Shown: positions 19,726 through 29,334, counted from the stretch's first letter. The stretch is DNA of 64,000 nt from Candidatus Bathyarchaeia archaeon (GCA_050014495.1 JBEKDF010000001.1:128001-192000); one strand, 5' to 3'. The notes: generated by a model from the letters alone, not told the origin. Program-made: numbers and translations.

Positions 19726-20316
19726 ATGATTGATCAAACAAAATTCGAATTCATAAAAAAGAAGTATGGGCATCATGCAAGTTGGGCAATTTGGGCTGAT
19801 GTGGGAGAAAAACCAAAAGATAATGTTGGCGATCTAAGCGTTTTTGACATAAAATACAATCCAGGACTTTTACAGCAATTGAATCCCGATATAATTCTTG
19901 TTGGGCTAAATGTATCGCGTGGAATGATGGAAGTTCCACTAGCAAATTTTCACGATGCAAGATCTGTATCACAGGATTTCAAGATAAGATACGCATTGAG
20001 CGGTTCGCCCTTGTGGGGAGCATATATAACAGACATCATCAAGGATTTTGATCAAAAAGCATCTGGAAAAGTGATGAGTTATTTAAGAATGAATAAAACG
20101 TTTGAAAAAGAGAATGTAAGATTGTTTCGTGAGGAAATAAATGATTTAGGAAGTCATAATCCTATTATTATCGCTTTTGGAAAAGATGTTCACACGATTC
20201 TGACCAGAAACTTCACGAATGAATATAAGATTTTCAAAATACCTCATTACAGCAATTTCTGCAGCAAGGAAAAATATAGAGAAGAGGTGAGTTGCATTTT
20301 GCAGTATGGAAAATAA
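19726..20316 (+). CDS. Hypothetical protein, probable uracil-DNA glycosylase-like fold
   Basis: IILVGLNVS (motif A-like), YITDIIK, IIAFG, IPHYS (motif B-like). Confidence 0.55.
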   Translation: MIDQTKFEFIKKKYGHHASWAIWADVGEKPKDNVGDLSVFDIKYNPGLLQQLNPDIILVGLNVSRGMMEVPLANFHDARSVSQDFKIRYALSGSPLWGAYITDIIKDFDQKASGKVMSYLRMNKTFEKENVRLFREEINDLGSHNPIIIAFGKDVHTILTRNFTNEYKIFKIPHYSNFCSKEKYREEVSCILQYGK

Positions 20317-20442
20317 ATCGCGTGCTTACTCTTTTTTAAAAAGAATCTGTTTGGTTGAATGTTTAACAGACCACTAGAAAGCCCATTTTTTAAATTCAAA
20401 AATTTAAAACAAATAAGATGCCATTTCCCGTATATTAATCCT

Positions 20443-20475
20443 CCATAGTCTTATCCCCCAAACCCAAACCCAAAC
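20443..20475 (-). repeat. Palindromic motif copy 1 (inverted), ending in (CCCAAA)3
   Basis: ccatagtcttatcccccaaacccaaacccaaac; its first part is the reverse complement of copies 2 and 3. Confidence 0.75.
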
Positions 20476-20630
20476 TAATATGATACTAGACAACATAAAA
20501 CACATACCATTATTTTCCGCACATATGGGAATATATAAGCGAATATGTCGACTTTATTACCCTAAAATACGGACATAATCTTATTAACTAGTTAACATAA
20601 TCAGAAAACGTGAGAAAGGGTTTGGGTGAA

Positions 20631-20777
20631 ATGGAGTCAGTTAACGTCGAATTAATTGAGACTAAACTAGTTGAGTTGGAAAATCAGGTTGAAGAACTTA
20701 GAAGAATTATTGTGTTATCAAGGCTGAAGTGTCTTTCACTAAAATCTGATAAAAAAGAATCATGCAAAGATAAGTGA
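20631..20777 (+). CDS. 48-aa coiled-coil small protein (absent from the ORF track)
   Basis: MESVNVELIETKLVELENQVEELRRIIVLSRLKCLSLKSDKKESCKDK; GGTGA just upstream of the ATG. Confidence 0.5.
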   Translation: MESVNVELIETKLVELENQVEELRRIIVLSRLKCLSLKSDKKESCKDK

Positions 20778-20790
20778 TGAGAGATCTTAT

Positions 20791-20823
20791 TTTTGGGGAT
20801 AAGGCTATGGCTCCAAACCCAAA
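20791..20823 (+). repeat. Palindromic motif copy 2
   Basis: ttttggggataaggctatggctccaaacccaaa. Confidence 0.8.
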
Positions 20824-20930
20824 CAGTTTTGACTGCAGCGCGAGCATAGGATTATCTTGGTATTTTCTCATTAAGCCTATGCGAGCTAAAATATAAGTTT
20901 CAATGCTTTACAAATGAGGGGGAAGCCGGA

Positions 20931-21344
20931 TTGAGCTTACCAGCGCTAAACGAATTCTATAGTAAGTTTAAGGACGATCCAGAGGCTGCCCAAAAGGAGG
21001 CTTTCAAGATAGGTGAAGCTATGGGTCGTGCGTTCATAAAGGAGCACAATATCAAAGGCGATGACATACAAACCATGGCAGAGGTCCTCAACGCTATCGG
21101 ACAGCAGACCTCGACCTCGGCAACGGTTCAAGGCAATAGGGCGATCGTCTCCAACAGGGGCTTCTGCCCCATAATGGCTTCCTCCATATCACTCAATTTA
21201 CCATGGAAATGGCTCTGCAATAATTTTGGTTGGCCATTAATACGAGGAGTGGCTCACGCGGTTAATCCCAAAGCCAAAGTTAACGTAGGTTCCTGGCGCG
21301 CTGACGGCGATCAACTCTGCGAGCACATTTACGAGATAGAGTAG
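20931..21344 (+). CDS. V4R/H-NOX-like small ligand-binding domain protein
   Basis: FCP, WLC, AVNP and GDQLCE Cys pattern. Confidence 0.6.
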   Translation: MSLPALNEFYSKFKDDPEAAQKEAFKIGEAMGRAFIKEHNIKGDDIQTMAEVLNAIGQQTSTSATVQGNRAIVSNRGFCPIMASSISLNLPWKWLCNNFGWPLIRGVAHAVNPKAKVNVGSWRADGDQLCEHIYEIE

Positions 21345-21372
21345 ATCAATCACTTACAAGCGGGATGGCGAA

Positions 21373-22659
21373 ATGACCTCTACAGAGAGAAACTCCAATC
21401 GGGCTACAAGTCTAATAAACATCACAGCCTTCTATGTTGATGGAAAAAACGAGGATTCCTCCCAGTTAGGGCACAGAATCCTAGATTCAATGGCAAGTCG
21501 TTATGGCCTGAAGCCTCCACAGCAAGATGATTTCACTCTTACGTTTACCTTCGATGGTTTTCAGTATAATATAAAACTTATTAAAAGGGGGGCCTGCGAT
21601 GTCTTCCTAATAGATGTGAGCCACTCAACTAGAGAGCCATCAAGGAGATGGAATGAGGATATCTCAGCCTATCAAGATCGTATTCAACCCCTTTTGAAGT
21701 CGTTACCGGATAACCCAACCGCAGCCTTCTCCGTCTACTCGGTCTACACAGGCAGCCGAGATGAGGCGTTGACCACCTTCAACGAGTACTCAGCTAATCA
21801 AGCCCAGCTTCATACAGGTTTAGGGGTCATCCGAGGGTGCCTTCTAGCAATGTTTGGCGATAGCCAACAAGGGGAAGGAAATCAGGTCGTCGAACGTAAC
21901 CTTCTCCTCTCACCCTTTAATTCTGTAGATGCCGAGGCCGTTAGCTCAAGGCTATTAGAGGATATCAGCTCCCTCGCCTCCATAGAGGGAGAAATTAACA
22001 GGCTTTACCGGATGCGTCAGCCCTTCTTTAAATTGATTGGTTCAGTGGAGGAAGACACTCAAAAGGCGATCGATGAGATATTCGGCAACAGCCTACTTAA
22101 CCCGAATAAACTCGAAGATATGGAGGAGTCGTTGAAGGTAATAACAGGCAGATTTTCGACATTGTCTACGATGGCTGGAGCCGTGAGACGCGACAACATC
22201 TTAGTGGAATCTAAGCTAGACGAAGTTGAAGACCTCTTTCAGCGTTGGAACGAGTCCGAGGTAGAGGGGTATCCAACCATCTTCTCGATGGAGATGATAC
22301 ACTACAAGACTCTGAGCAAACCCTTCAAGGATTTTAAAGATAGAATTGAATCTTTGAAGGTGGAGTTGGGGACCGTCTTGGATACCGTTAGAACCCGCCT
22401 CAGCATGAATCAGCAAAAACTTGGCGTCGAGGAACAGAAATCCTCGAAGGATCTATTAACCAAATTGGTGAACCTCCAAGAGGCTCTAAACAAGCTTGAA
22501 ATCCTCATCGTGGCCTTCTACATAACGGAGATGGGAGGCCTGTTCTTCGAGGTGATCGCACACGATGTTGCGCCGCTTCTGACAGTAGCCTTCATACCCT
22601 TTGCTGCGCTAACATCCTTCGGTCTTATTCATTTAATGCACAAGCAAAGAAAAGAGTAG
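21373..22659 (+). CDS. Coiled-coil protein with two C-terminal TM helices (CorA-like topology)
   Basis: Long helical middle region; hydrophobic LEILIVAFYITEMGGLFF and LLTVAFIPFAALTSFGLI. Confidence 0.6.
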   Translation: MTSTERNSNRATSLINITAFYVDGKNEDSSQLGHRILDSMASRYGLKPPQQDDFTLTFTFDGFQYNIKLIKRGACDVFLIDVSHSTREPSRRWNEDISAYQDRIQPLLKSLPDNPTAAFSVYSVYTGSRDEALTTFNEYSANQAQLHTGLGVIRGCLLAMFGDSQQGEGNQVVERNLLLSPFNSVDAEAVSSRLLEDISSLASIEGEINRLYRMRQPFFKLIGSVEEDTQKAIDEIFGNSLLNPNKLEDMEESLKVITGRFSTLSTMAGAVRRDNILVESKLDEVEDLFQRWNESEVEGYPTIFSMEMIHYKTLSKPFKDFKDRIESLKVELGTVLDTVRTRLSMNQQKLGVEEQKSSKDLLTKLVNLQEALNKLEILIVAFYITEMGGLFFEVIAHDVAPLLTVAFIPFAALTSFGLIHLMHKQRKE

Positions 22660-22691
22660 CGTGCATATGCGCGCGCAACAGGTGCAAGAAC

Positions 22692-23834
22692 CTAAGCAGG
22701 TGACGTGAAGACTGATTCGTAGTAGAAGCCAGTGTTCGTGGTCACTCTGATGACGTAAGAGGTACTGTGTGCCCAAGTGAAGCCTGTCGGAGCTATGGGG
22801 CCAATCGTCATGTGGGCTCCTGTACCGATCGCATTAGTGACTGTTAATACATAAGCCTGAGATCCAGATGAGTTTACCCTAATGGAGACCGATTCTAGGG
22901 TCGCGTCGACGCTTCCCGTATTCCTAACATCTACGCCTGTAAGTTGACTGAAAGTTGAACCCCAGGTGACTGAGTCGATCCTTACCTGGGTCTGCGCCTG
23001 TGCTGATTGATCATTGTTTGAGATATAGCATCTATTGATGACGATGTCCTGAATGGGCCAGTTATCGTATGGGATCGTCTGATTGTAGACTGGGAGGTAG
23101 ATGTTTCTCGTGCCAGTCTGCACCTTGCTGATCTGGTTTACCACATCCATGCCAGATATCACCTTCCCAAACACAGCGTACCCCGGGTTTGACGCAGAGT
23201 AGTCGAGGTTTTTGCTGTCGACTAAGTTGATGTAGAACTGACTCGTAGCGCTGTTAGAGTCACTGGATCGTGCCATCGCTATGGTTCCGGCGAGGTTACT
23301 AAGGCTGTTGTTTGACTCAAGTTTAATCGGAGCATTAGTAGCCTTCTCCGTTCCGTTCACTGAGAAACCTCCACCCTGGATTACGAAGCCCAGCATCACC
23401 CTGTGGAATACTGTGCCGTCGTAGAAGCCAGCTTTTACATAACTCAAGAAATTCGTTACCGTGATTGGTGCCTTATCGTCATAAAGTTGGATCACAATAT
23501 TGCCCATGCTAGTCTCTAGCGTCACTATGGTTCCATTTGTAACAGTATTCGTAGGTCCGATTTTATTATTTGAACTAAGTTCATTTTTGAGGGCAGCGTT
23601 TTCCTGAATTAAACTCTTTAACTGATTTTATGTGGCGTTGTTGGTATTTGTTAAAACCGTTATTCTGTTATCTAGATTCTTAATCTCAGCTGTGTAATTA
23701 TCCAAGGTACGTTGGTACTCTAATCGTGTCTGTAGCTGTGAGTAATTGAAACCTATAAACGAGCCAGCTCCAAGGGAAATAATAATCATTATTAATGAAG
23801 TCACTAGAGTTTTCCCTGATATGGTGAATGGCAT
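22692..23834 (-). pseudogene. Membrane-anchored cyclophilin with a C-terminal pilin-like domain; one in-frame TAA at 23628-23630
   Basis: ORFs 23628..23834 and 22692..23525 share one frame, joined by the open linker NQLKSLIQENAALKNEL...; FHRVM.GFVIQGGG and SATSQFYIN cyclophilin motifs. Confidence 0.8.
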
Positions 23835-24027
23835 GGAACTCTAACTCGTCTAACTGTTTATATAATATATAGTTTCTAAAAACAGTATTAAAGAATCTTC
23901 TGATTTTTTAAGTGTGCACTGCGAAACATATTGTAGATATGATATACATGATACGGTGATGAAGAGAGTATAAGAGAGTAGATAAGAGATGAGAAAAAGG
24001 AAAGTGAAAGTTAGTTCGTGAATAGAT

Positions 24028-24066
24028 GGGTTTTGGGGAATAAGGCTATGGCCCCAAACCCCAAAA
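24028..24066 (+). repeat. Palindromic motif copy 3
   Basis: gggttttggggaataaggctatggccccaaaccccaaaa. Confidence 0.8.
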
Positions 24067-24082
24067 TTATTGAGCTAAAAAT

Positions 24083-24622
24083 CTAAAATAAACTGAACTC
24101 GTTCTTCTTTTTTGTTATGCGTTTTTTCTTCTTAACTGTCTTAGCTTCCTTTTTCGCCAAAAGAGAGCTTATCTCCTTTTCAGTTATTTTTGAGCTTAAA
24201 GCATTCACATATTGCGATCTGGTTGGCGGGATAGTTTTACTAAAAAGCAAACCTTCCTCGGTCTTTCCTTTTAATGTGATATGCTTCTCCCTAGCTAATT
24301 TTTTCAACTGGGTTAATGTCAGATCCTTTAAGTTAGTTTTAACAGGATTAGATTCTTCAACTTTCCTTCCCTGCTTTTTTTGAAAGGTAGTCCACGAATC
24401 GGTTCCTTGTAATTTATTGCAAGCATAACAAAGAACTACGCTATTTTTCACACTTGTTGATCCGCCTTTTGACCAAGCGGTTTTATGCCCTATCTGCATT
24501 TCATGAAACTCTAATGATTTTCCACAGTTCTCACATTTTTTCTTAGCTCTTATCCAAAGAATTTGACGATCTCGAATACCAAGCGTTCTTTTTGTTGCTT
24601 TATCGTCTCCCCACAAAGACAT
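24083..24622 (-). CDS. HNH endonuclease with a basic C-terminal domain
   Basis: CENCG...GHKTAWSKGGST..N..LCYACN. Confidence 0.82.
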   Translation of the reverse strand: MSLWGDDKATKRTLGIRDRQILWIRAKKKCENCGKSLEFHEMQIGHKTAWSKGGSTSVKNSVVLCYACNKLQGTDSWTTFQKKQGRKVEESNPVKTNLKDLTLTQLKKLAREKHITLKGKTEEGLLFSKTIPPTRSQYVNALSSKITEKEISSLLAKKEAKTVKKKKRITKKKNEFSLF

Positions 24623-24640
24623 TTCAAAACCTTCTAAACT

Positions 24641-24769
24641 TTACCACTCAACCCTTGTTCTCCGCTTGGGTTTCCTTCGTGCATTGAAGCTGACAGTGCC
24701 TTCTTTAGTGTCAAAATTCACAGGTCGCTTGGTCTTGGTCTTTTTCTTCTGAGCTAAGAATGATGGCAT
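24641..24769 (-). CDS. 42-aa very basic small protein (absent from the ORF track)
   Basis: MPSFLAQKKKTKTKRPVNFDTKEGTVSFNARRKPKRRTRVEW; ends 18 nt before the HNH start. Confidence 0.6.
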   Translation of the reverse strand: MPSFLAQKKKTKTKRPVNFDTKEGTVSFNARRKPKRRTRVEW

Positions 24770-24890
24770 AGGTTAAAATTTTCGTTAAACCTTAAATGGT
24801 TTTTGATATGCTCGCGCGCGCATTCGGATATTAATAAACGTCTTATACACCCATCTATGAACCTAATAGAATTGCTTGGTGAATGGCTTG

Positions 24891-26042
24891 ATGCGTAAAC
24901 CCCTCGAGGATGTAAGAGTCGTCGACATGACTCATGTCTGGTTCGGCCCCTGGTGCACCATGATGTTGGCTGATTTGGGAGCAGAGGTAATAAGAGTGGA
25001 GCCCCCTTGGGGGGCAATAGACAGGATAAGTGAAGGCATGCTCTATGGTGGGGCCCCCTACACGTTCCACCACCTTAACCAGAACAAAAAGGACCTAACT
25101 CTCAACCTGAAGAGCCCCGAGGGGATGCGTCTCATTAAAGAGCTCATAAAGAAGAGTGATGTAGTCGTCCAGAACATGAGCGTAGGCACCATGGAGAAGC
25201 TAGGCCTCGGCTACGAGGAGTTGAAGAAACTCAACCCCGGCATCATATACGCGGCCCTCAGCGGCTTCGGCCAGTACGGTCCCTACAAGAACAGGAATTG
25301 CTACGCCGTGTTCGCTGAGGCAATGAGTGGACACACCAGGATGACGGGGGACCTAGTCGACCCGCAAGGTCCGCCGCTCGAGATGGCGATGGCCCTTGGT
25401 GACATGTTGCCCGGTAGCCTCGCTGCAATGTCAATCCTGGCAGCTCTCCGCTACCGCGATAAGACCGGACTTGGCCAAATGATAGATGTAGCACAGCTCG
25501 ACTGCATGGTCGCTGTAAACCCGGGGATAACTGGCTACTTCTTTAGTGGCATGCCCATGTGGGAGTTAAGGAAGAAGTATCCCACTGGAGGCATCGGCGG
25601 TAAATTCAAGGCTATGGATGGTGGCTGGGTCCAAGTGGGAGCATTCAGCCCCTCCGCTCTGGAGAATCTGAAGAAGTTCCTTAACTTAGAGGACCCTACG
25701 AAGGAAGACTGTGAGAAGTATGTCGCTTCCAAAAACAGGGACGAGGCAGTGCAGGAGTTAGTTGACGCTGATCTCGCCGCTGCCCCTATCTACCAGCTCG
25801 ACGAGACAGCCAAGGATCCACAACTCGCTGCACGGGGTATGTTCATAGAACTCGATCACCCACTCGCGGGGAAGGTTAGGACTGCTAACAATCCGATAAA
25901 GTTTAGCCTCACCCCGGTGGAGAGGAAAACGGCAGCTCCCATTCTTGGCCAGCATAGCAAGGAGATCCTGAGTAAGATACTCGGTCTCAGCGACACTCAG
26001 ATCGAGGAACTCATCAATAATGGCGTCGTCGCCCCAAGTTAG
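24891..26042 (+). CDS. Family III CoA-transferase (CaiB/BaiF)
   Basis: PLEDVRVVD, LADLGAEVIRVE, NKKDLTLNLK, SGFGQYGP, APILGQH. Confidence 0.92.
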   Translation: MRKPLEDVRVVDMTHVWFGPWCTMMLADLGAEVIRVEPPWGAIDRISEGMLYGGAPYTFHHLNQNKKDLTLNLKSPEGMRLIKELIKKSDVVVQNMSVGTMEKLGLGYEELKKLNPGIIYAALSGFGQYGPYKNRNCYAVFAEAMSGHTRMTGDLVDPQGPPLEMAMALGDMLPGSLAAMSILAALRYRDKTGLGQMIDVAQLDCMVAVNPGITGYFFSGMPMWELRKKYPTGGIGGKFKAMDGGWVQVGAFSPSALENLKKFLNLEDPTKEDCEKYVASKNRDEAVQELVDADLAAAPIYQLDETAKDPQLAARGMFIELDHPLAGKVRTANNPIKFSLTPVERKTAAPILGQHSKEILSKILGLSDTQIEELINNGVVAPS

Positions 26043-26089
26043 ATTCACCGATTTTCTTAAAAACAGGCACTTCACCCGTATGGTGGAGT

Positions 26090-26165
26090 GGCCCGGTAGC
26101 TCAGCGGTCAGAGCGGCAGCCTCGTAAGTTGTAGGTCGCGGGTCCGAATCCCGCTCGGGCCTCCA
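26090..26165 (+). tRNA. tRNA-Thr(CGT), CCA encoded, T-loop TCCGAAT
   Basis: GGCCCGG/TCGGGCC acceptor, CTCGTAA anticodon loop. Confidence 0.88.
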
Positions 26166-26217
26166 CCCGTTCTCGAAACCCATTAAATATAGCCCATGAA
26201 ACATTAAAGAGAAGCTC

Positions 26218-27396
26218 ATGGGCGTAGATTTCGGCATCGAACCGGTCTGGCAGTTCATAGCCAGGGCATCCGCTGCCAGGGATAAGGGAGACTATCAGGA
26301 AGCCGAGTTCTATGCGAGAAAAGCTGTCTTCGCCGACCAGAGCGTCGGCGCCACCTACATTCTACTCTGCGAGATATTAGAGAAGGTGGGGAAAAAAGAT
26401 GAGGTGGAGAAGTGCCTTAGGACCGGACTCGCCTCCTGCCCGGGAGACGTCGCGCTCACAAGCATGACCACACAGTACCTGATCAGGAATGGGCGCCTCG
26501 ACGATGCTGAGGCGTTCCTTAGGAGGGCCATTATAGTCGATCCGGATATTGCGGGATACCGCCTCTTGCTCGCAGTAATACTTCATCAGAAGGGGGACCT
26601 TGAACACGCCGAGGAGAGTGCCCGCAGGGCACTATTCCTCGACGACACGAATAGTGACATCTACTCGATGTACGGGGTGATCCTCTGGAAGAAGGGGCGA
26701 CACGATGAGGCCATGAGGTATGTCGCCAGGGCACTTGAGATTAAACCTGAAGATGCCAACGCCCAGCTCAACTATGCTATAATCCTAGAGGGTTCGGGTA
26801 AATTCAAAGAGGCTGAGGAGCATTATAAGAAGGCACTGGAGATACGCCCGGAGTGGCCCGAGGTCAAAGCCAGGTACAACAAACTCATATATCGCCTCAA
26901 TGACCCAACTGAAACACTCAAGAAAGCGAACTCATCAAAACAATCGAACCCAGAGGAAGCGGAAGTACTATTCAAGAAGGCATTGGAGATGCGAGAGGAC
27001 TCTCCTGAGGCCCATAACGACTACGGCATCTTCCTTTGGGAGAGGAAGAGAATAGCAGAAGCCGAGGAGCACCTACGAAAGGCTGCGGATTTGAAACCGG
27101 GTTGGGTCACACCGCAATACAACACTGCCTTAAACCTTGCTAACCAAGGCAGGTATGTGGAGTCAGAGAACTACTTTAAGAGGACATTAGGACTATACCC
27201 TTCATTCCCCGATGGCCACTTCTGGTACGCCAATGTCCTCTTCAAACTTCATCGACTCTCTGATGCGGAGGAACACTATAAAAAGGCAATCGAGCTGAAA
27301 AAGGACCACAAGAAAGCACACGAGAACTACGCTCAGCTTCTCAAGACGCTAGGCCGTATACCTGAAGCCGAGGAGCAAAGCAAACTGGCAAGCTAA
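26218..27396 (+). CDS. Tetratricopeptide repeat protein
   Basis: Repeated EAEEHYKKALEI.P-type units. Confidence 0.9.
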   Translation: MGVDFGIEPVWQFIARASAARDKGDYQEAEFYARKAVFADQSVGATYILLCEILEKVGKKDEVEKCLRTGLASCPGDVALTSMTTQYLIRNGRLDDAEAFLRRAIIVDPDIAGYRLLLAVILHQKGDLEHAEESARRALFLDDTNSDIYSMYGVILWKKGRHDEAMRYVARALEIKPEDANAQLNYAIILEGSGKFKEAEEHYKKALEIRPEWPEVKARYNKLIYRLNDPTETLKKANSSKQSNPEEAEVLFKKALEMREDSPEAHNDYGIFLWERKRIAEAEEHLRKAADLKPGWVTPQYNTALNLANQGRYVESENYFKRTLGLYPSFPDGHFWYANVLFKLHRLSDAEEHYKKAIELKKDHKKAHENYAQLLKTLGRIPEAEEQSKLAS

Positions 27397-27538
27397 ATTA
27401 AAATTCAAGCTCAAAATTGACGCAAATGGGATCTCGCGCAACTAGGCTTTGGCTTGTTCCTTCTAGTTATTCCGATCTGCTGATGAGAGTTAAAACATGA
27501 GAAGAAGTATGAATTTTTTTATCCCGCGCGCTAACGAA

Positions 27539-28729
27539 TTAGACCTTAGACAGAGCCTGTTGGAGGTCCTCGATAATATCGTCTACGTCCTCGATTCCGA
27601 CACTCAATCGGACGAGGCCATCAGTTATACCTGCCTTAAGGCGGTCATCCTTAGGAACGATGGCGTGCGTCATCGTGGCAGGGTGGCTGATAAGAGTCTC
27701 CACAGCACCGAGGCTAACGGCAAGGCTACAGAGCTCGACATTGTTCATTAATCTACGACCGGCCTCCACACCACCCTTGAGCTCGAAGCTCATCATACAA
27801 CCGAAGCCCTCCATCTGCCTCTTCGCGAGATCGTACTGGGGATGACTCCTCAAGCCAGGATATTTTACCCATTCAATCTTGGGGTGATCCTCAAGCAACT
27901 TAGCGATCTTTTCTGCACTCTCAGTCTGGCGCTGCATTCTGACATGCAGTGTTTTTATCCCGCGTAGGGTAAGCCACGCCTCGAAAGGCCCAAGGTTCGC
28001 CCCCATATTCTTGTATAAAGGGTCCATCCCCTTCAGAAACGCCTTCGTCCCTACAATAGCTCCGCCTAGGACGTCACTGTGACCACTCAGACTCTTTGTG
28101 AGGCTGTGGACGACGACGTCTATGCCATGCTCGATAGGGCGCTGGAGATATGGAGACATGAAGGTGTTGTCAACCATTGTTATAATACCGTGCGCTTGGC
28201 CTAACTTTGAGACAGCCTTCATGTCAGTAAGCTTCATCATGGGGTTTGATGGCGTCTCGATATAGATGAGCTTCGTGTTTGGCCTGATCCCATTCTCAAT
28301 GGAGAATAAGTCACTTGTGTCAACGAGGCTGCACTCAATTCCGTATCCTTGGAGTATGTCTGTGAAGACCTTATGAGTACCGCCGTAGAGGGCGTCTCCT
28401 GCTAGGATATGATCTCCTTTCTTAGCTATGGCCATCACTGCATTTGATATAGCAGCCATGCCAGAGGCGGTGGCCCTCGCGTCCTCTCCGCCCTCAAGTG
28501 CGGCTATGCTCTCCTCAAGAGCTCTCACGGTCGGATTACCGAGCCTGCTGTAGATGTAACCAGTTTCCTTTCCTTCGAATCTAGCTGCGCCCTGCTCTGC
28601 GTTCTGGAAGACGAAGGTCGAGGAGGCATATATTGGGACTGACACCGCACCCGTCGCGGGATCCGGATGTTGACCAGCGTGAACCGCTTTTGTAGCGAAC
28701 TTCGCATTGCCCATGCTATCACTGACCAT
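27539..28729 (-). CDS. Cys/Met metabolism PLP enzyme (methionine gamma-lyase / cystathionine gamma-synthase family)
   Basis: YSRLGNPT, ASGMAAI, ETPSNP, HSLTKSLSGHSD, RLSVGIE. Confidence 0.92.
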   Translation of the reverse strand: MVSDSMGNAKFATKAVHAGQHPDPATGAVSVPIYASSTFVFQNAEQGAARFEGKETGYIYSRLGNPTVRALEESIAALEGGEDARATASGMAAISNAVMAIAKKGDHILAGDALYGGTHKVFTDILQGYGIECSLVDTSDLFSIENGIRPNTKLIYIETPSNPMMKLTDMKAVSKLGQAHGIITMVDNTFMSPYLQRPIEHGIDVVVHSLTKSLSGHSDVLGGAIVGTKAFLKGMDPLYKNMGANLGPFEAWLTLRGIKTLHVRMQRQTESAEKIAKLLEDHPKIEWVKYPGLRSHPQYDLAKRQMEGFGCMMSFELKGGVEAGRRLMNNVELCSLAVSLGAVETLISHPATMTHAIVPKDDRLKAGITDGLVRLSVGIEDVDDIIEDLQQALSKV

Positions 28730-28941
28730 ACTGCGGTAATAACATCATTATCCCCGAGATAATGCCTTCTAAAATCCAAAACGAGATCCTCTTCTATAAA
28801 CAATCACGTGGATTCACATCGGATTATCATTGAAGGTTTTAATAGTTCGGGGGAGGCGCGCGTTATATCGAGCACCTTCCAATTAAGAAAGTATGGACTT
28901 CACTGATCAACGGGATAAAAAAAGTCTAAAAAATGAGTACA

Positions 28942-29334
28942 TTAATGGCTCTTTATCTCATAGCTGAAACGTGGCAAACCCCGCATTGTATTCGCAACAT
29001 AGCAACGTTTCATCTCAGCAAGAAGTCCTTCAAGCTGCCTCGCATCAAGCTTCGCACCTACCTTCACGGTTATATTAAAGCCCGATGCTCTGCTGGGTTC
29101 CTTCTCATTCATGTCATCAACATCGATCTGTAAGCTCGTAGCCTCTATCTTCTGCCTTTTCAAGTACCAGGCGGCATGGAATGCGCTGCAGAGCCCGAGG
29201 CTAGCCACCATGAGCTTCCCCGGAGACATACCAATAGGTGGAGTCTGTTCGTCGAGCCTCCCACTAATTACCTCATAGCCATCTGACTCGGCCCTGAATT
29301 GGTTACCCTCAAGTTGTGTGATCTTCACGGTCAT
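28942..29334 (-). CDS. OsmC family protein
   Basis: SPGKLMVASLGLC and RCYVANT. Confidence 0.85.
   Translation of the reverse strand: MTVKITQLEGNQFRAESDGYEVISGRLDEQTPPIGMSPGKLMVASLGLCSAFHAAWYLKRQKIEATSLQIDVDDMNEKEPSRASGFNITVKVGAKLDARQLEGLLAEMKRCYVANTMRGLPRFSYEIKSH

Noticed and set aside
20443..24066. Repeat motif as a CRISPR array, integron attC or casposon end
   Set aside because: There is no regular repeat-spacer period, no clear RYYYAAC/GTTRRRY box pair, and no cas1, polB or integrase in the window. Kept as an unclassified repeat.
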